A stretch of DNA of 27,402 bases from Eledone cirrhosa (GCA_964016885.1 CAXHJY010000005.1:1-27402), one strand, 5' to 3'. Shown: positions 1 to 12,340, counted from the stretch's first letter. Notes: a model not told the origin generated them from the sequence alone. Made by a program: numbers and translations.

Positions 1-1
1 G

Positions 2-118
2 TCGCTATTAAGTTCTGTTTTGTTCTTGTCTATTATCGCTGGACTTGCAACCTGCCATGAATGTGATGTTCACCCTCACCAACTGTGTTCATCTTTTGAA
101 CTTGCACAGAAATGCAAT
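2..118 (+). CDS. IFI30: GILT/IFI30-like thiol reductase, coding exon 1 (signal peptide + N-part of saposin A-like module); start ATG probably ends at base 1
   Basis: Frame 2 reads SLLSSVLFLSIIAGLATCHECDVHPHQLCSSFELAQKCN with no stop: hydrophobic leader followed by a C-x7-C-x8-C pattern. It ends at a strong donor AAT|GTAAGT (119), phase 0, and joins in frame to the exon at 18233 (MIDAC supplies the 4th Cys). Base 1 is G, consistent with (AT)G. Confidence 0.8.
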
Positions 119-335
119 GTAAGTTAAAATCACAGATATTGTCTTTAAATTATTTATGTTTTTGTGAAGTTCCAATGAAAGACACTGTCTATGGTTTTCA
201 AATCACTTTGAAAATAATGAAACATTTGGAGCGATTTACTATCTTGTTATTTATCTGGTATTTGCAATATAATTCAACAAAGTTTTTTTTATAGAATTAT
301 GATGGAAATGTTTTAGGGAAATATAAATATGTTAA

Positions 336-583
336 CCCTTTTGTTATTATATTTCTCACGAAATGCCACTGCCTATAATTTTAAAATCATTTAAAAAGAT
401 AATTAATAATTTCGAAGAATATTACTATAACTGACTTTTTTTTAATTATTTATCTGGTGTTTAGAGCATAATTTAAGAAATTTACATAATTTATGATGAA
501 AATTTTAGATAAATATAAACACTTCAAGACCCAGTTTTGTATCGTAGGCCGGAGGTGGGGTAAACGGTTTGGCATAAAAAGGG
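336..583. mobile_element. piggyBac-type MITE
   Basis: TTAA at 332-335 and 584-587 flank termini CCCTTTT...AAAAGGG. An older partial copy of its interior lies at about 225-315 (shared ttatttatctggt...ttatgatg). Confidence 0.7.
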
Positions 584-925
584 TTAAAGTTTTGGTCTAA
601 TGATAATAAAATCGTGGGTTCAATTCTCCGACTATGTGGTGACGCATAGTGGCTTTGAGCAAGGGACCCACTTCTCGTTACTCTCATTCACTCTGTTAAA
701 AAGGAATAGCAACAATAGCTATAACAGCCTGGCGTACGGTCCATGCAGCAGTCGTATACTTTCAGTCACTGAACGCCACATAAAACCGACATAAGTCCCA
801 GCTTTCATTCAGCCTGTGCTAACAGAAGAACGGCCGCAAAAACGATGAATGTCCTGTTTTCATGAATATTTTTTTTTTCTTTGACTTTTTGTTCGGTTAT
901 TAAAAGAAAGAAATCATTATTGTTT

Positions 926-1109
926 GGATTGGCAGTATCGGTAGAGGGTCGGACGCCATGTTTTCCAGCATAGTTTCGTCCCTTTACGATCTGAGTTCAA
1001 ATCCCGCCGAGGTTGGCTTTGCCTTTCATCCTTACGGGGTCGATAAAATAAAGTACCAGTAATGCACTGGTTAATTGCTGGCCTTGTGCCTAAAGTAGAA
1101 ACAATTATT
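926..1109 (+). mobile_element. tRNA-derived SINE (family A)
   Basis: A-box-like TGGCAGTATCGGTAGAG, B-box GTTCAAATCCC, body ctttgcctttcatccttacggggtcgataaaataaagtaccagt, tail ggccttgtgcctaaagtagaaacaattatt; many copies in the window. Confidence 0.9.
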
Positions 1110-1874
1110 GTTGTTATCTAGCCCAAGGCCAGCTTTTATTAAGCGAACCTATTATTTTAAAGCATATCGCTCGTGATGATTCAGTCTTTAATTTATTTTG
1201 TTTGCTTTAAAGACAAAACTTATATTTTTTATCACTTAGCCATGAGAAAGGGCACAGCCGATCACCGAGGGTGATGGGAGCAAAGTATCCTCAAACCAGA
1301 GAACTGAACATGCAATAGGGTGGATTCTCTTGAGGGCACTTAATAGCTAGGTATTATGTTATACTGGGTGACCACTCCAATATGCCAAGGCGGGTTTTGC
1401 TCTGAGTATAAAGTGTCGCTATTTCAACAATAGAGGCTCCATTCTTGTATCCCAATTTTTCTGGTAACAATAGATGGCATTTAAACTCAGAGCTTCCAGA
1501 ACTAGGAACAAATACGTCATATATCCTATCTAATATTCTAATTCCCCCCACCCAACAGCTTAGACTAGTACCTTATTTATTGACCCCAGAAGTACACAGA
1601 AAGTTGACGATTTGTAATCGGAAGGAAAGGAGTCGAAATATTTGCTGCAAAATATATATTTCACCTCCTTCGCTTTAATTTGCGTATATATAAGGGACTA
1701 TAGTTTGACTATAACTCCTTCCGATGGAGTTTATACAGCCAGATATAACTCTTCAATGAAAATTATATACTCGCTCATGTAAAATCTCTCAATTTTGCCT
1801 AATTTTTCCCCGTTTTGGGGCCAATTTTTTTCATGGCACTCCATGGACTTTTAGAAGTTGGCAGGTCTGATTAG

Positions 1875-2280
1875 ATTAGACCAGTAAAGATTATCTCCAC
1901 TCTTCTACTATTATAGAAAACAATACGGATTTTGGCATTTCTCATTGCGCGATTAGACTAGTAAAGTCTCTCTCACTAGTCTAGAAAATTAAGTAGATCT
2001 TGTCATATCTTATAGCATGATTAAACCAGGGAAATTTATATTTACTCTCTCACTAATGTAGAAAACAAAATAAATCATGTTACTTCTAATTATGTAGTAA
2101 TGAATTCTCTTGTTACTCTTCCATTGATAACTGAAATGAAATATACTTTGGCAAGACCAGTGGTGAAGTTTATTTCCACCTTTCTACCGGGTTTTAAAAA
2201 AGAACCAACTTCAGCATCTCTTATTGCATAATTTGATCAATGAAGTTTATTTACTCACCCACTGACGTATAAAGTTAAAT
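1875..2280. repeat. Degenerate minisatellite, ~70-75 bp unit, about 5-6 copies
   Basis: Recurring gattagaccagtaaag / gattagactagtaaag / gattaaaccagggaaa heads, each followed by ...tctctcacta...tagaaaa; later units more diverged. Confidence 0.55.
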
Positions 2281-2541
2281 CGACATATAGTCTAAAATCG
2301 GAAATTACAACTCAAATTTCTTTAAAAAGACATGCGAAGTCTTATGTTGTCATTCTAAGTTAACTATGAGTCACATTCATTTATAAATACGTTTCTAAGG
2401 CTCTTCAAACACAAATCTATGAATAATTTGTTCTAAATCTGTCTCGTACTTCATGTCTACGGACACCTTTCTTTAAATTAGTTGGAAAGACAAACCGAAT
2501 AGAAAATGTATATGCAAGAGCTTATATTTTCTGATAAAACG

Positions 2542-2697
2542 AAAATAGAAAACCGTTTAGGTGTGAATTTTTATTTTACTAGATATAAAATATCTTACAG
2601 AAATTAAAAATTTTATTTTAAATTTCTGTGAGTGGGATATTTTATATCTTGTAAAAAAAAAAAATACAAAAATCGCACTAAAACTGCTTTCTATTTT
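2542..2697. repeat. ~155-bp fold-back (MITE-like) palindrome
   Basis: Nested inverted matches: aaaatagaaa/tttctatttt, agatataaaatatc/gatattttatatct, acagaaatt/aatttctgt. Confidence 0.7.
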
Positions 2698-3460
2698 GAA
2701 ACCTGGTGCTTAAAAATTCTTTAAATGTATAACATCATTCAAACTATGTGTTAGAATATCTTATCTGTTTTATGAGCTTACGTCTACAGACACCCATATT
2801 AAGTTTTAAAACATTGTCTACAGGATTTCCAATCAGAATTACTTTATTTAGTTATCAACACGCTACAGATTTGATAGATTTTAAGAGGAAAGCCAATACG
2901 TAGTCATTGGATTCACTAAACATAAAAACGAACTACTACCCAAACTACATCATAGTCTTGTTTTAAAATATACATTCGGGAATGTAGGCGCGAGAATACT
3001 CCCCCCACCCCCCACACAAAAAAGAATAAACAAAGGCAGTATTTGCCTTCAATCATTGATATACTTGATCAAAGACGATTTGGGGTTAACAAAAAACGAT
3101 AAGTTTGTCAACTTAAAGCGTTTGAAATTAAATTTACAATTAGTGTAATTATATGTAGAAGTCTGGATGCAGCATGGTTGAATGCTTAAGTTCGCTTCTC
3201 AACCGTAAAATACCTGGTTCGATCACACGGTCTGGCATCTTGAGCAAAGTGTCAACCGAAGCCTAAACTACTTGGAAGCTCGCTGGCATGACTGTACCTG
3301 TAATTCAAAGAGCAAGCCTTCTCGTATAGTATTTCATTCTGAATCTCACGGGTAATTACATTATGGGTACAGGTGTCTGTGGAATACTCAGCCACATGCA
3401 TGTTATTTTCGTGAGTTGGTGGTTCTATTGATCGAATAACTGCAACGCTGATCGTCGAAT
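2690..3460 (+). repeat. Old duplicated segment (includes a second SINE family at ~3170-3460); inverted copy at ~19650-20585
   Basis: Collinear reverse-complement matches, e.g. cagacacccatattaag / cttaatatgggtgtctg, gaatgtaggcgcgagaata / tattctcgtgcctacattc, gaatgcttaag / cttaagcattc. Confidence 0.75.
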
Positions 3461-5250
3461 TCGAGAGATGTTCGTTCTATTCCATAGTGAATTAACTGGC
3501 AATATGGATTATAATGGTATACATTTTTATTTGTAGTTATTTTCATAAAAACTATTAAACTGTTGAAGAAAATACACTATATGGAGTCGCGACTGGTCAA
3601 GCACCTATGACTGATTGATCATGTTTGCCTTATCAAAGCACAAGACTGGGCAAGATGTTTTAAGGAAGGTCAACAGTCAACCACACGTGCCATTCTCCAT
3701 TCTCTACTACATTGATATTGTTCAAGGGGAAAGGCAAATGTCGAACAGCTTGGCACCAGTATCGTCGAGACTCACCTTTTTCCAGCTGAATAGACTGAAG
3801 CAACATTAAATAAACTTGTACGGCTCGGTCCAAGAATCAAACTGACTATTTTACGATCGTGAGACCAAACATCCGAACAACTACGCCAGGTGCTTTCTAT
3901 ATGAGAGCACATGTTTCGAGATATCATTGTATTTTCAACAAGCATCTGTATTCTTGTAAGATTTAAATAATTGACAATGAGACGTACAAGTAGTAGATAT
4001 AGTGATTATTACTAGTCCTGTCAGCAGATATAATCTTGGAAAATATTAACCGAATAACAAAAGGATTTGCAGTTAGAATGTTTACATCAATATGTTATTA
4101 GGATTGTTTCTGACAGGTGGGATCGTGAAGGGGTTAATCGATATTGGCCAAAATCGATACTTATTCCGACAAGTGAAAGAATATTTTGTTGATAACGTGG
4201 TAATGCATAAAAATAGTTTATATTGGTCAAATATAACTATACCGCTGTGAAGGCACGTATCTTAGTGGTTCATGATCTTCAGGCCGTGAGATCGGTCTCG
4301 GATTGCGTCTTGTCCTTTAACAAGACGCTTAATTTTACTTGCTCCAATCCACCCAGCTAGTACAAAATGAGTTGAACCTGTAATTTAAAGAGCCAGCCTT
4401 ATCCCACACTGTCTGGCTGCTTTTCATGAGAATTACGATTAACATACAGGTGTCTAAGGAATGCTCAGCTATTTGTACCTTAATTTCACAAGCCGGCTGT
4501 TTCAATGTTCAAACCAACGGAGGTACACCCCAGTACCATATCTCTATCCATTCAGTCGTACATACTATGGAGGCTAACACCGAGAGAAACATGATTGTGG
4601 TCCTCAATAGCGCCACTAATGCAACTAGAGCAAAAGCATTGTATAGGTTAGAGGTGTAAGAAAGTAGTTCTCATGGCAAATACCAGTTAAATCATGTCAG
4701 TGATATGTAATTCACAGTTCCTTACTCCCATCAAATGTGTAACCATCTTTCTGCGTAACAAATCAATATATCCACATATGCATTGTGTGTGCATTTAAGA
4801 GGAAATAGTTGTTTAAACATTTTAAAGTAAATAGTTATGCGCGCAGTTTTTATCGATTTAATATTTTTTTGTTGTTGCAAGTTCATTTGTTTTTAGACAT
4901 GAATGAGAGTTTGTGGCGGTGGCATAAATGAAAACCATGAGAACCAAAACACCGTTACCAACTCGGTTTTCAGGGAATTTATCCTTTGTTTTACCCGGAG
5001 GAGAAAGTCGAGTAAATCGACCCAGTGCGTTACTGGTACTATATTTTATCAAACCAAAGGATGAAAGGCAAAGCTAACCTGATCATGACTTGAAACTAAA
5101 ATGTAAAGAGCCAGTGCATATACTGTAAATAATTTTTCTCACCATTTTAAGAATTCTGCCAACTCTCCACTAGCAAAAAAGAAAAAAAAAACTGCACTAT
5201 GATAGTAGGATAGAAAAGTAAGGACATTATTTAAAAAACAAAAAAGCGTT

Positions 5251-5685
5251 GGATTGGCAGTATCGGTAGAGCATCGGACAATATGCTTTGTTGCATAGTT
5301 GCGGCCCTTTATGTTCTGAGTTCAAATCCCACCGAGGTTAGCTTTGCCTTTCATCCCTACAGGGTCAAAAAATAAATTCCCAGTAACGCCACATGGTCAA
5401 TTTAATCAACTTCCCCTCTCCGAAAATTGTTGGCCTTGTGCCTAAATCAGAAAACATTATTTGAACAAGCAAAAGTGCAGTTGATTGGCAGTATTGGTAG
5501 AGCGTCGGACACTATGCTTCGTGGCATAATTTAGTCCCTTTACATTCGGAGTTCAAACCCGGCAGAGGTTACGTTTGTCTTTCATCCTTAAGGGGCTGAT
5601 AAAATAAAGTACCAGCATCTCATTGGGGTCGATTTAATCGACTTTCCACTTCCTCCAAATTGTTGGCCTTTTTGCCTAAATCAGA
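5251..5685 (+). mobile_element. Two tandem tRNA-derived SINEs (family A), 5251-5460 and 5483-5685
   Basis: Each has gattggcagtat(c/t)ggtagag, gttcaaa(t/c)cc, ctttcatcc and ggcct(t)tgtgcctaaatcag. Confidence 0.85.
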
Positions 5686-6269
5686 TTAAAAATTACCCCC
5701 CCCCCCCCCCCCCCCCCCAAAAAAAAAGTTGCTATTTTGGTGAGGACCATATGTGATGAACAGTGTGCTGGATTAATTCTTTCACGGTATTTGTTCCGGC
5801 TATCTGCATTCTGATTTCAAATCAATCCCACCGAAGTAAACTTTGTTTTTCGTCTTTTCTTTGTGATAGGTACATAAAATAATAGTCCTGAGATTGGCGG
5901 AATTGTTATAACATCTGTTATCTACTTCGGCATTTTGCATTCTATGATCACCTGAGATGGCACTAGTGACAAGCTATATCGTCTCTTGCTTTTCCTTTGG
6001 ACAACGTGTGCTTGGAAGGGAAAACGTTGCATGCATGGGCAACAATAGTTGGTCTTCCCCAAAATACTTTGGCTAGGATTTGAGGAGACTAGGTAATTGT
6101 CAATTACATATGATCGTCCGTATGGGAACTGCTCTTGTTTCTAGTACCTCTTAGAGAAGCTAACTTTTGCAGCGCTCTTGCTGTGGCATTGCAGGCATTA
6201 GTGGCGCCAATGATGGTCACAATCATGTTTTGCCTCCACGTGATGGTAATGTTATTATTACCAGAGACA

Positions 6270-6712
6270 GGGCGGTGGATTGGTAGTAACGGTAAAGCGT
6301 CGGACAAAATTCTTTGCGGCATATAGTTATAGCGCGTTATGTTCTGAATTCAAATCGCGCCGAGGTTAATTCTGCCTTTCATCATTTCAGGTTCGATAAA
6401 ATAAAATACCAGTAACGCACTGAGGTCGATTTAATCGACTTGTCTCTCCGCACAAATTGTTGGCCTTGTGCCTTAATCAGAAACAATTATTACCAGAGAG
6501 CGGTGGATTGGCTTGATCAGTGGAATGTTGGACAACATTCTTTGTGGTATTTGTTAGTTACGACTTTCTACGTTCTGTGTTCAAATCTACCGAGGTTAGC
6601 TTTGCCTGTCATCCTTGCGGGGTGGATAAAATAAAGTGCTAATCTACTACTCGGTCGATTATAATCACCTGTTTCCTCTCCTCACAAATTGGTGGTCTTA
6701 TGTCTAAAAAAG
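6270..6712 (+). mobile_element. Two tandem SINEs (family A), ~6270-6492 and ~6498-6712
   Basis: gcggtggattgg heads, ttcaaatc B-box, gataaaataaa body. Confidence 0.85.
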
Positions 6713-7005
6713 AACGGCTGGGAGATGTTGGATTTAGACGTGAATTTTCTGAATCTACAGAATAGTTGTTTGCTTTGTATAAGAACCACAAAAAAGGTGC
6801 TAAATACCTAAGGCTGCAGGACATTGCTTCATATCTATCAATCCAAATACCGACAAACGAGATGCAAAGTAAAAAAAATGTTGGTGATAAGAAAAGTTTG
6901 CTTTTAATGGCCACGAGAAAAATAAAACTTTAAACGAGAATCAGATTTATTTTAAGTAAAAAGGTGATTTTTGCCAATGATAAGGAAACATTAATAGATG
7001 CAATA

Positions 7006-7711
7006 ATTATTTCTGATTTTAGTCACAAGGGCTACAATTTTGGGGGAGGGGAAATTCAATTAAATCAACCCCAGTGCATTACTGGTACTTTTTTTATCGA
7101 CCCCATTAGGATGAAAGATAAAGCTAACTACGGCGGGATTTGAACTCGGAACCTAAAGTGACGTAACTTTATGCCGCAAAGCTTGTTAACCGACGCAGAA
7201 CAAATAGTACAACACAGAGTATGAAAAAGAAAAGGATTGTGCTAAATAGTGTATATAAGGTGATTGGGGCTACCGCAAAGTTGGATAACCTTGACACACT
7301 AAAGGAAATGCTTTCTCCTAATTCTTGTTGCCAGCCTACAGTCATATAATTAGGGTCGACCCAATTAGCCACTTCCTTTTGACCGTTCTCCTCCATCATT
7401 TATAAAATTTACTGGAGACCAGCCTTTCTGTTTTCACAAGTGTTATTTAAAAATAATTGACGAGGACTTGCTCTGAATGGAATAATAATAAGGGTGTCTA
7501 ATTTAGTCACAAGGCCAACAAATTGTAAGAAAAAGGAGAAAGTCGACTGAATTGGCCCCAGTACTTGACTTGTACTTTATTTTATCAACCTCGGAGAGAT
7601 ATTACGCAATGATGACCTCGGTGGGATTTGGGCTCAGTATGTAAAGATCCGAAACAAATACGACAAAGCATCTTGTCCGACGTTTTAACAATGCTGCCAA
7701 TCCACCGCCCT
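7006..7711 (-). mobile_element. Two SINE copies (family A) on the minus strand, ~7006-7200 and ~7492-7711
   Basis: Reverse complements of the SINE body and head: actggtactt...tttatcgacccc, gggatttgaactc, tgccaatccaccgccc. Confidence 0.8.
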
Positions 7712-8486
7712 CGCAGAATAGTAATAATGACATCTTCATCACCACCGCCACTATCATCACCATGGTGTGTGTGTGTGTGTGAGGGGGGGGGGGTGTTAAA
7801 AAATACGCGAAGTTAACATCTGTAATTCATAATCAAAGAAATGTTGCCGAGTATCCAGATGGTAGAGCTTCCATTTCTTTCAGATAAACAAATGTTGATA
7901 AAACGAGTATATAAAGATAATGGTTGAATTACATCTTATTAGGTGGTTATGTATGTAGAACCATAAACTGGTATAATTAACAGATGTATTATAGATAATT
8001 GATAGACTCTTGGAAATTGTTTAACGTTGTAAACATTAGTACGGAAAGCACGAGTTGAATTCCTGTACCGGGCGGCGTGTTGTGTTCTTGAACAAGAAAT
8101 TACACTTCATGTTTCTTTTAATGAGACCGGCACCCCTACAAATAAAACACCCCCGGAAACCCCCTTCGAGATAAAATCTCGTTGACTGCCACTAAGTTTA
8201 GCTATTAGCTGCTTCTGATACTTATTTCAGCTTAGTTGAATGGAGCAACGTGAAATAAAGTGCCACGCGTCACTAGGTCCGGAGATCGAACTTAAGATCT
8301 TATAATCGTGAGACATACATCATAACTACTAGATCACGTGCCTTCTCATTCACATAAATCATAATGTCTAGGAAAGAAAATAGGTTTGAATTATAACACC
8401 AATATCTACATTACTGAAAAGCCATATATTTTAATAGGATTTATAAAGACAGGATCTTTACATTAGCTTGTTCTATATTCCTCCCA

Positions 8487-8930
8487 ATCATCATGATCAA
8501 CATCATCTGGGTGTGCTTTTTCCACGGATTTCCATGACTCGTTCTCTCCAGTCTGTTCAGTCTGCCATTGCTCCTGCTGGATCTTCGGGTGCACTCAGAA
8601 TCCTCACACAATTGCTTTATGTATGTTCGATGTGGTTTATCAACTTTTGCGTTCCCATGCTTCGGTTCACAAAGAACATCGCTAATGATTTATCCTTTGT
8701 TCTTCAGCCATGTCTAGCGAATTTTGTTCTCCTTTTCTCTGATGTCGTGTGATATTGTTAGTAAAATTCCCTGGCCCTGGAGAATTTTTTCGTTGGGTGT
8801 CGTTTCCAGATATCCAGAGCAGCTCGAAGCATTCTTGTATAAGTTCCGTAAATTTTCATTTCATAATACTTTAAGTCCATGTTGTACATCCACATAGGAA
8901 AACTGACTGCAGAATCGCTTGAAAGAAATC
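8487..8930 (-). mobile_element. Decayed 3' fragment of an RTE-class (RTE/RTE-X-like) LINE
   Basis: Minus-strand translation across frameshifts gives FQAILQSVFLCGCTTWT, YGTYTRMLRAALDIWKRHPTK and RRTKFARHG, typical of the post-RT region of RTE-class ORFs; (GAT)n-like tail at ~8487-8505. Confidence 0.75.
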
Positions 8931-9272
8931 ACGTTTATTCTTCTCCAGAATTTCCTTTAATTTCAGGAGAATAAAAGAAACACAAATTGTAGGTGGTGAA
9001 CCCTTTCAACATACTACTTTCGAAGAATTGAGGTTCAAATATTGTTCAAATAATAGTTTCTTCACAGATATACGAATTAGGATACTAATATATAGATTTT
9101 ATACTAAATATATGCGTAAACTTGCCTGTGTGGTAAAAAAGTTCCTATCACAATCACGGTTTTAAGTTGAATCCCACTGCGCAGCCTCTTCAGGAAATAA
9201 ACAGAGGCGATGTACAAGACCATACATCTTTACTCTCATCAGCTTTCATACCAGCAAAATGGCGTCGCCCCT

Positions 9273-9552
9273 TTTAAGTGATAGTACCATTTCAGAATGC
9301 TGGCTTATACTGGTATGTGTGTGTCTTTATTACATTTTTCTAGTCACTTCCATACTTCTCCTGCCCACCTCCTCTCTCAATATTTGCAATATTTCATCTG
9401 TCTGCCATCCACTCTGTGGATTCTCTCTCTGCCCATCACTGGCAGCTGCCCTCCGAAGCATTTTTACCCATCATTGTCATTGACAGCAGCTGTTCTAGCG
9501 TTGAATTCAAATATAAAATATACCCTCCCTTCGTCTCCAACAGACAACAATG

Positions 9553-9590
<38 letters not shown>

Positions 9591-9908
9591 TTAAGGGTAC
9601 TATTTATGGTTATGTATGCACTAAAACCTTTGATGGTAATATATTATATATACACAAACCCTAAATAGTGAGAGATAGTCATTAATTACTATCCTATTAC
9701 CAGTAAGATAAATAGCTCAATGTAATAACATCAGTTGTCACCCCACTGTTGATCAATATGCGCATATGTTTTATGTGTCTCTTGGGTTGAAAAGGAGGTC
9801 AAGTATGTTATAAATAGTTGCTCCGAAGAATCCAAACCTCGGTTTGGAGGAAACAATTGTAAGCAAATAAATGACTTAAACTGAACTTTGATTACTGTAA
9901 TCTCTCTC

Positions 9909-9942
<34 letters not shown>

Positions 9943-10165
9943 AACATTGTTGTCTCTGTTGGAGACGAAGGGAGGGTATGACAATGATGGGTAAAAATGC
10001 TTCGGAAGGCAGCTGCAAGTGATGAGCAGAGAGAATCCACAGAGTGGATGGCAGACAGATGAAATATTGAGAGGAGGAGGGCAGAAGTATGGAAGTGACT
10101 AGAAAAATGAAATAGACAGACATACCAGCAAGAGCCAGGATTCTGAAATGGTACTATCACTTAAA
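9273..10165. repeat. Fold-back element 1: inverted arms 9273-9554 and 9943-10165 with ~390-bp spacer
   Basis: tttaagtgatagtaccatttcagaat...cagacaacaatgtt is reverse-complemented as aacattgttgtctctg...attctgaaatggtactatcacttaaa; the left arm has an extra ~40 nt (about 9481-9520). Confidence 0.95.
9818..9866 (+). ncRNA. Minimal type I hammerhead ribozyme motif (U4C core variant)
   Basis: Stem I TTGCT/AGCAA; core CCGAAGA; stem II TCCAAAC(C)/(G)GTTTGGA closed by an A.G mismatch; GAAA (9850-9853); palindromic stem III ACAATTGT; triplet GUA (site 9861); TATAAATA directly upstream. Confidence 0.75.
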
Positions 10166-10170
10166 TCGGG

Positions 10171-10233
<63 letters not shown>

Positions 10234-10364
10234 GAGGTTATATTTAACTTGTTGGGATTCAACAAGCTTAAACATTTTTATAACTGATATAAAGCACTCA
10301 ACAGTTTAGTGGAGTAAATACACATTATATTAATAAATGGAAACTATATTTATAAAACCATATT

Positions 10365-10429
10365 TATTTTATTATACATATTTCAAGAGCAACCAAGGCA
10401 AATTATGGTGCGCTTTCATCAGATAAATA
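10365..10429 (-). ncRNA. Type I hammerhead ribozyme motif (left arm of fold-back 2)
   Basis: Minus strand: tatttat CTGATGA aagcgcacc ataatttgcctt ggttgctctt GAAA tatgtat A ataaaata. Intact core, stem II with one mismatch and one bulge, near-palindromic stem III, stem I TTTAT/ATAAA. Confidence 0.75.
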
Positions 10430-12232
10430 CAGATGTTTTATAAATAAATATTGATATACCCGGAAAAAAAGACAACCTTAACGGTTGGAGCTTCCTGGAT
10501 AGTGGATAGTACATTTATTGAGTGATACAACATTGAGTGAGTATGCAAATGAGTGTCCGAAAGGTTGAAAAGATGACGGTTTATTTAAATTAAACTGTTG
10601 GAAGAAGGTGATATGTAAGGGAGAGAAAAAAGAAAAAAAGAAAAGGAGAAAGATAGAAGAGGAAAGAAAGAACGATTATATATATTGAAGAGATGAGTTT
10701 CAAAGGATAAATATTCACAGCGTAAGTATATCTAAGTGAGAGAAGAAATGATAATAACGTGGAAGAATAATATTTATAATGCAGGATTCATTACGTTTTG
10801 ATTATAATACTTATGATAGGTTGAAAAATTAGATTAAAATTAAATTAAAATTAAAAAATTAGAAATCAAAATTAAAGATTAAAATTTACCTTAATATTAA
10901 AGATTTAATTTAATAATTTAATAGTAATAATTAGTTTAAATGTGTATGTTAAGGATTATAAATTATTTAAATTAATATATAGTATATTACATTAGAGCAA
11001 ATCTAGTATAGTTTATTTTATTAAAAGTTGTAAGTCAAAAATTTAAACATCCAAATAACTCTAAATTTATGAAAAATTTACGAGAGTTTACAAAGGAATA
11101 ACCACTTAGTTATATTATAAAAACAGTAAGGAAGTGTAAAGGAAGTTAGAAGTGTTTTTTTTTTTTTTTTTTTTTTTTTCCCCCGTTTCAAGAACTCAGA
11201 TCACTCTAAGGATTAAATGTTATAAAGTTGAAAAGTTAAAATTTTTTTTATCTTAAGAATATAATTAAATCATGAACCATATGTTATTTTATACGAAGTC
11301 ATAAATTTACTTGCTATAAAGTTAAAACATTTAAAAAAATGTATCTTAAGAATATATTTAAAGCATAAACCATAGGTTATTCCACATATATATAAAAAAC
11401 CTATATATAAAAATCATGTTTTTTCCACATGTATATAAACATTTGGATATATATATTAAAAAAGTTTGAAGATATAAAAACATTGGAAGGTATGAAAATA
11501 ATGGTTTATCTATATCTTTAATAAGTGGTTATTCCTTTGTAAACTCTCGTAAAATTTTCATAAATTTAGAATTATTTGGATGTTTAAATTTTTGACTTAC
11601 AACTTTTAATAAAATAAACTATACTAGATTTGCTTTAATGAAAAATACTATATATTTATTTAAATAATTTATAATCCTTAACATACACATTTAAACTAAT
11701 TATTAATATTAAATTAAATCTTTAATATTAAGGTAAATTTTAATCTTTAATTTTGATTTCTAATTTTTTAATTTTAATTTAATTTTAATTTAATTTTTCA
11801 ACCTATCATTATAAGTATTATAATCAAAACGTAATGAATCCTGCATTATAAATATTATTCTTCCACGTTATTCTCATTTCTTCTCTCACTTAGATATACT
11901 TACGCTGTGTATATTTATCCTTTGAAACGCATCTCTTCATGCACTTTATTTTCACTATCAATATATATAATCGTTCTTTCTTTACTCTTCTATCTTTCTC
12001 CTTTCTTTTTTTCTCTCTCCCTTACATATCACCTTCTTCCAACAGTTTAATTTAAATAAACCGTTATCTTTTCAACCTTTCGGACAATCATTTGCATACT
12101 CACTCATAATTTTGTATCACCCTCAATAAATGTACTATCTCCACTATCCAGGAAGCTCCAACAGTTAAGGTTGTTTTTTTTTTTTTTTTTTTTTTTTCGG
12201 GTATGTCAATATTTATTTATTAAACAAATCTG

Positions 12233-12297
12233 TATTTTATCTGATGAAAGCGCACCATAATTTGCCTTGGTTGCCTTTGAAATATGTATAATAAATA
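12233..12297 (+). ncRNA. Type I hammerhead ribozyme motif (right arm of fold-back 2)
   Basis: tattttat CTGATGA(12241-12247) aagcgcacc...ggttgccttt GAAA(12279-12282) tatgtat A(12290) ataaata. Confidence 0.7.
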
Positions 12298-12340
12298 AAT
12301 ATGGTTTTATAAATATAGTTTCCATTTATTAATATATTAC

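Larger units (their letters stand above)
10326..12336. repeat. Fold-back element 2: inverted arms 10326-11108 and 11522-12336 (~0.8 kb each), ~410-bp spacer
   Basis: Continuous reverse-complement similarity from tatattaataaatggaaac to caaaggaataaccactta versus taagtggttattcctttg to gtttccatttattaatata, with scattered substitutions and indels. The spacer holds a ~95-bp-period direct duplication (atcttaagaatata...aaccata.gttatt). Confidence 0.95.

Noticed and set aside
112-294. ORF MQCKLK...
   Set aside because: Wrong frame and mostly intronic; the supported exon is frame 2, bases 2-118.
926-1010. tRNA gene at A/B-box motifs
   Set aside because: No cloverleaf; it is the tRNA-derived head of a multi-copy SINE.
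5251-6712. CRISPR-like repeated units
   Set aside because: Eukaryotic context; the repeats are ~200-bp diverged SINEs without regular spacers or cas genes.
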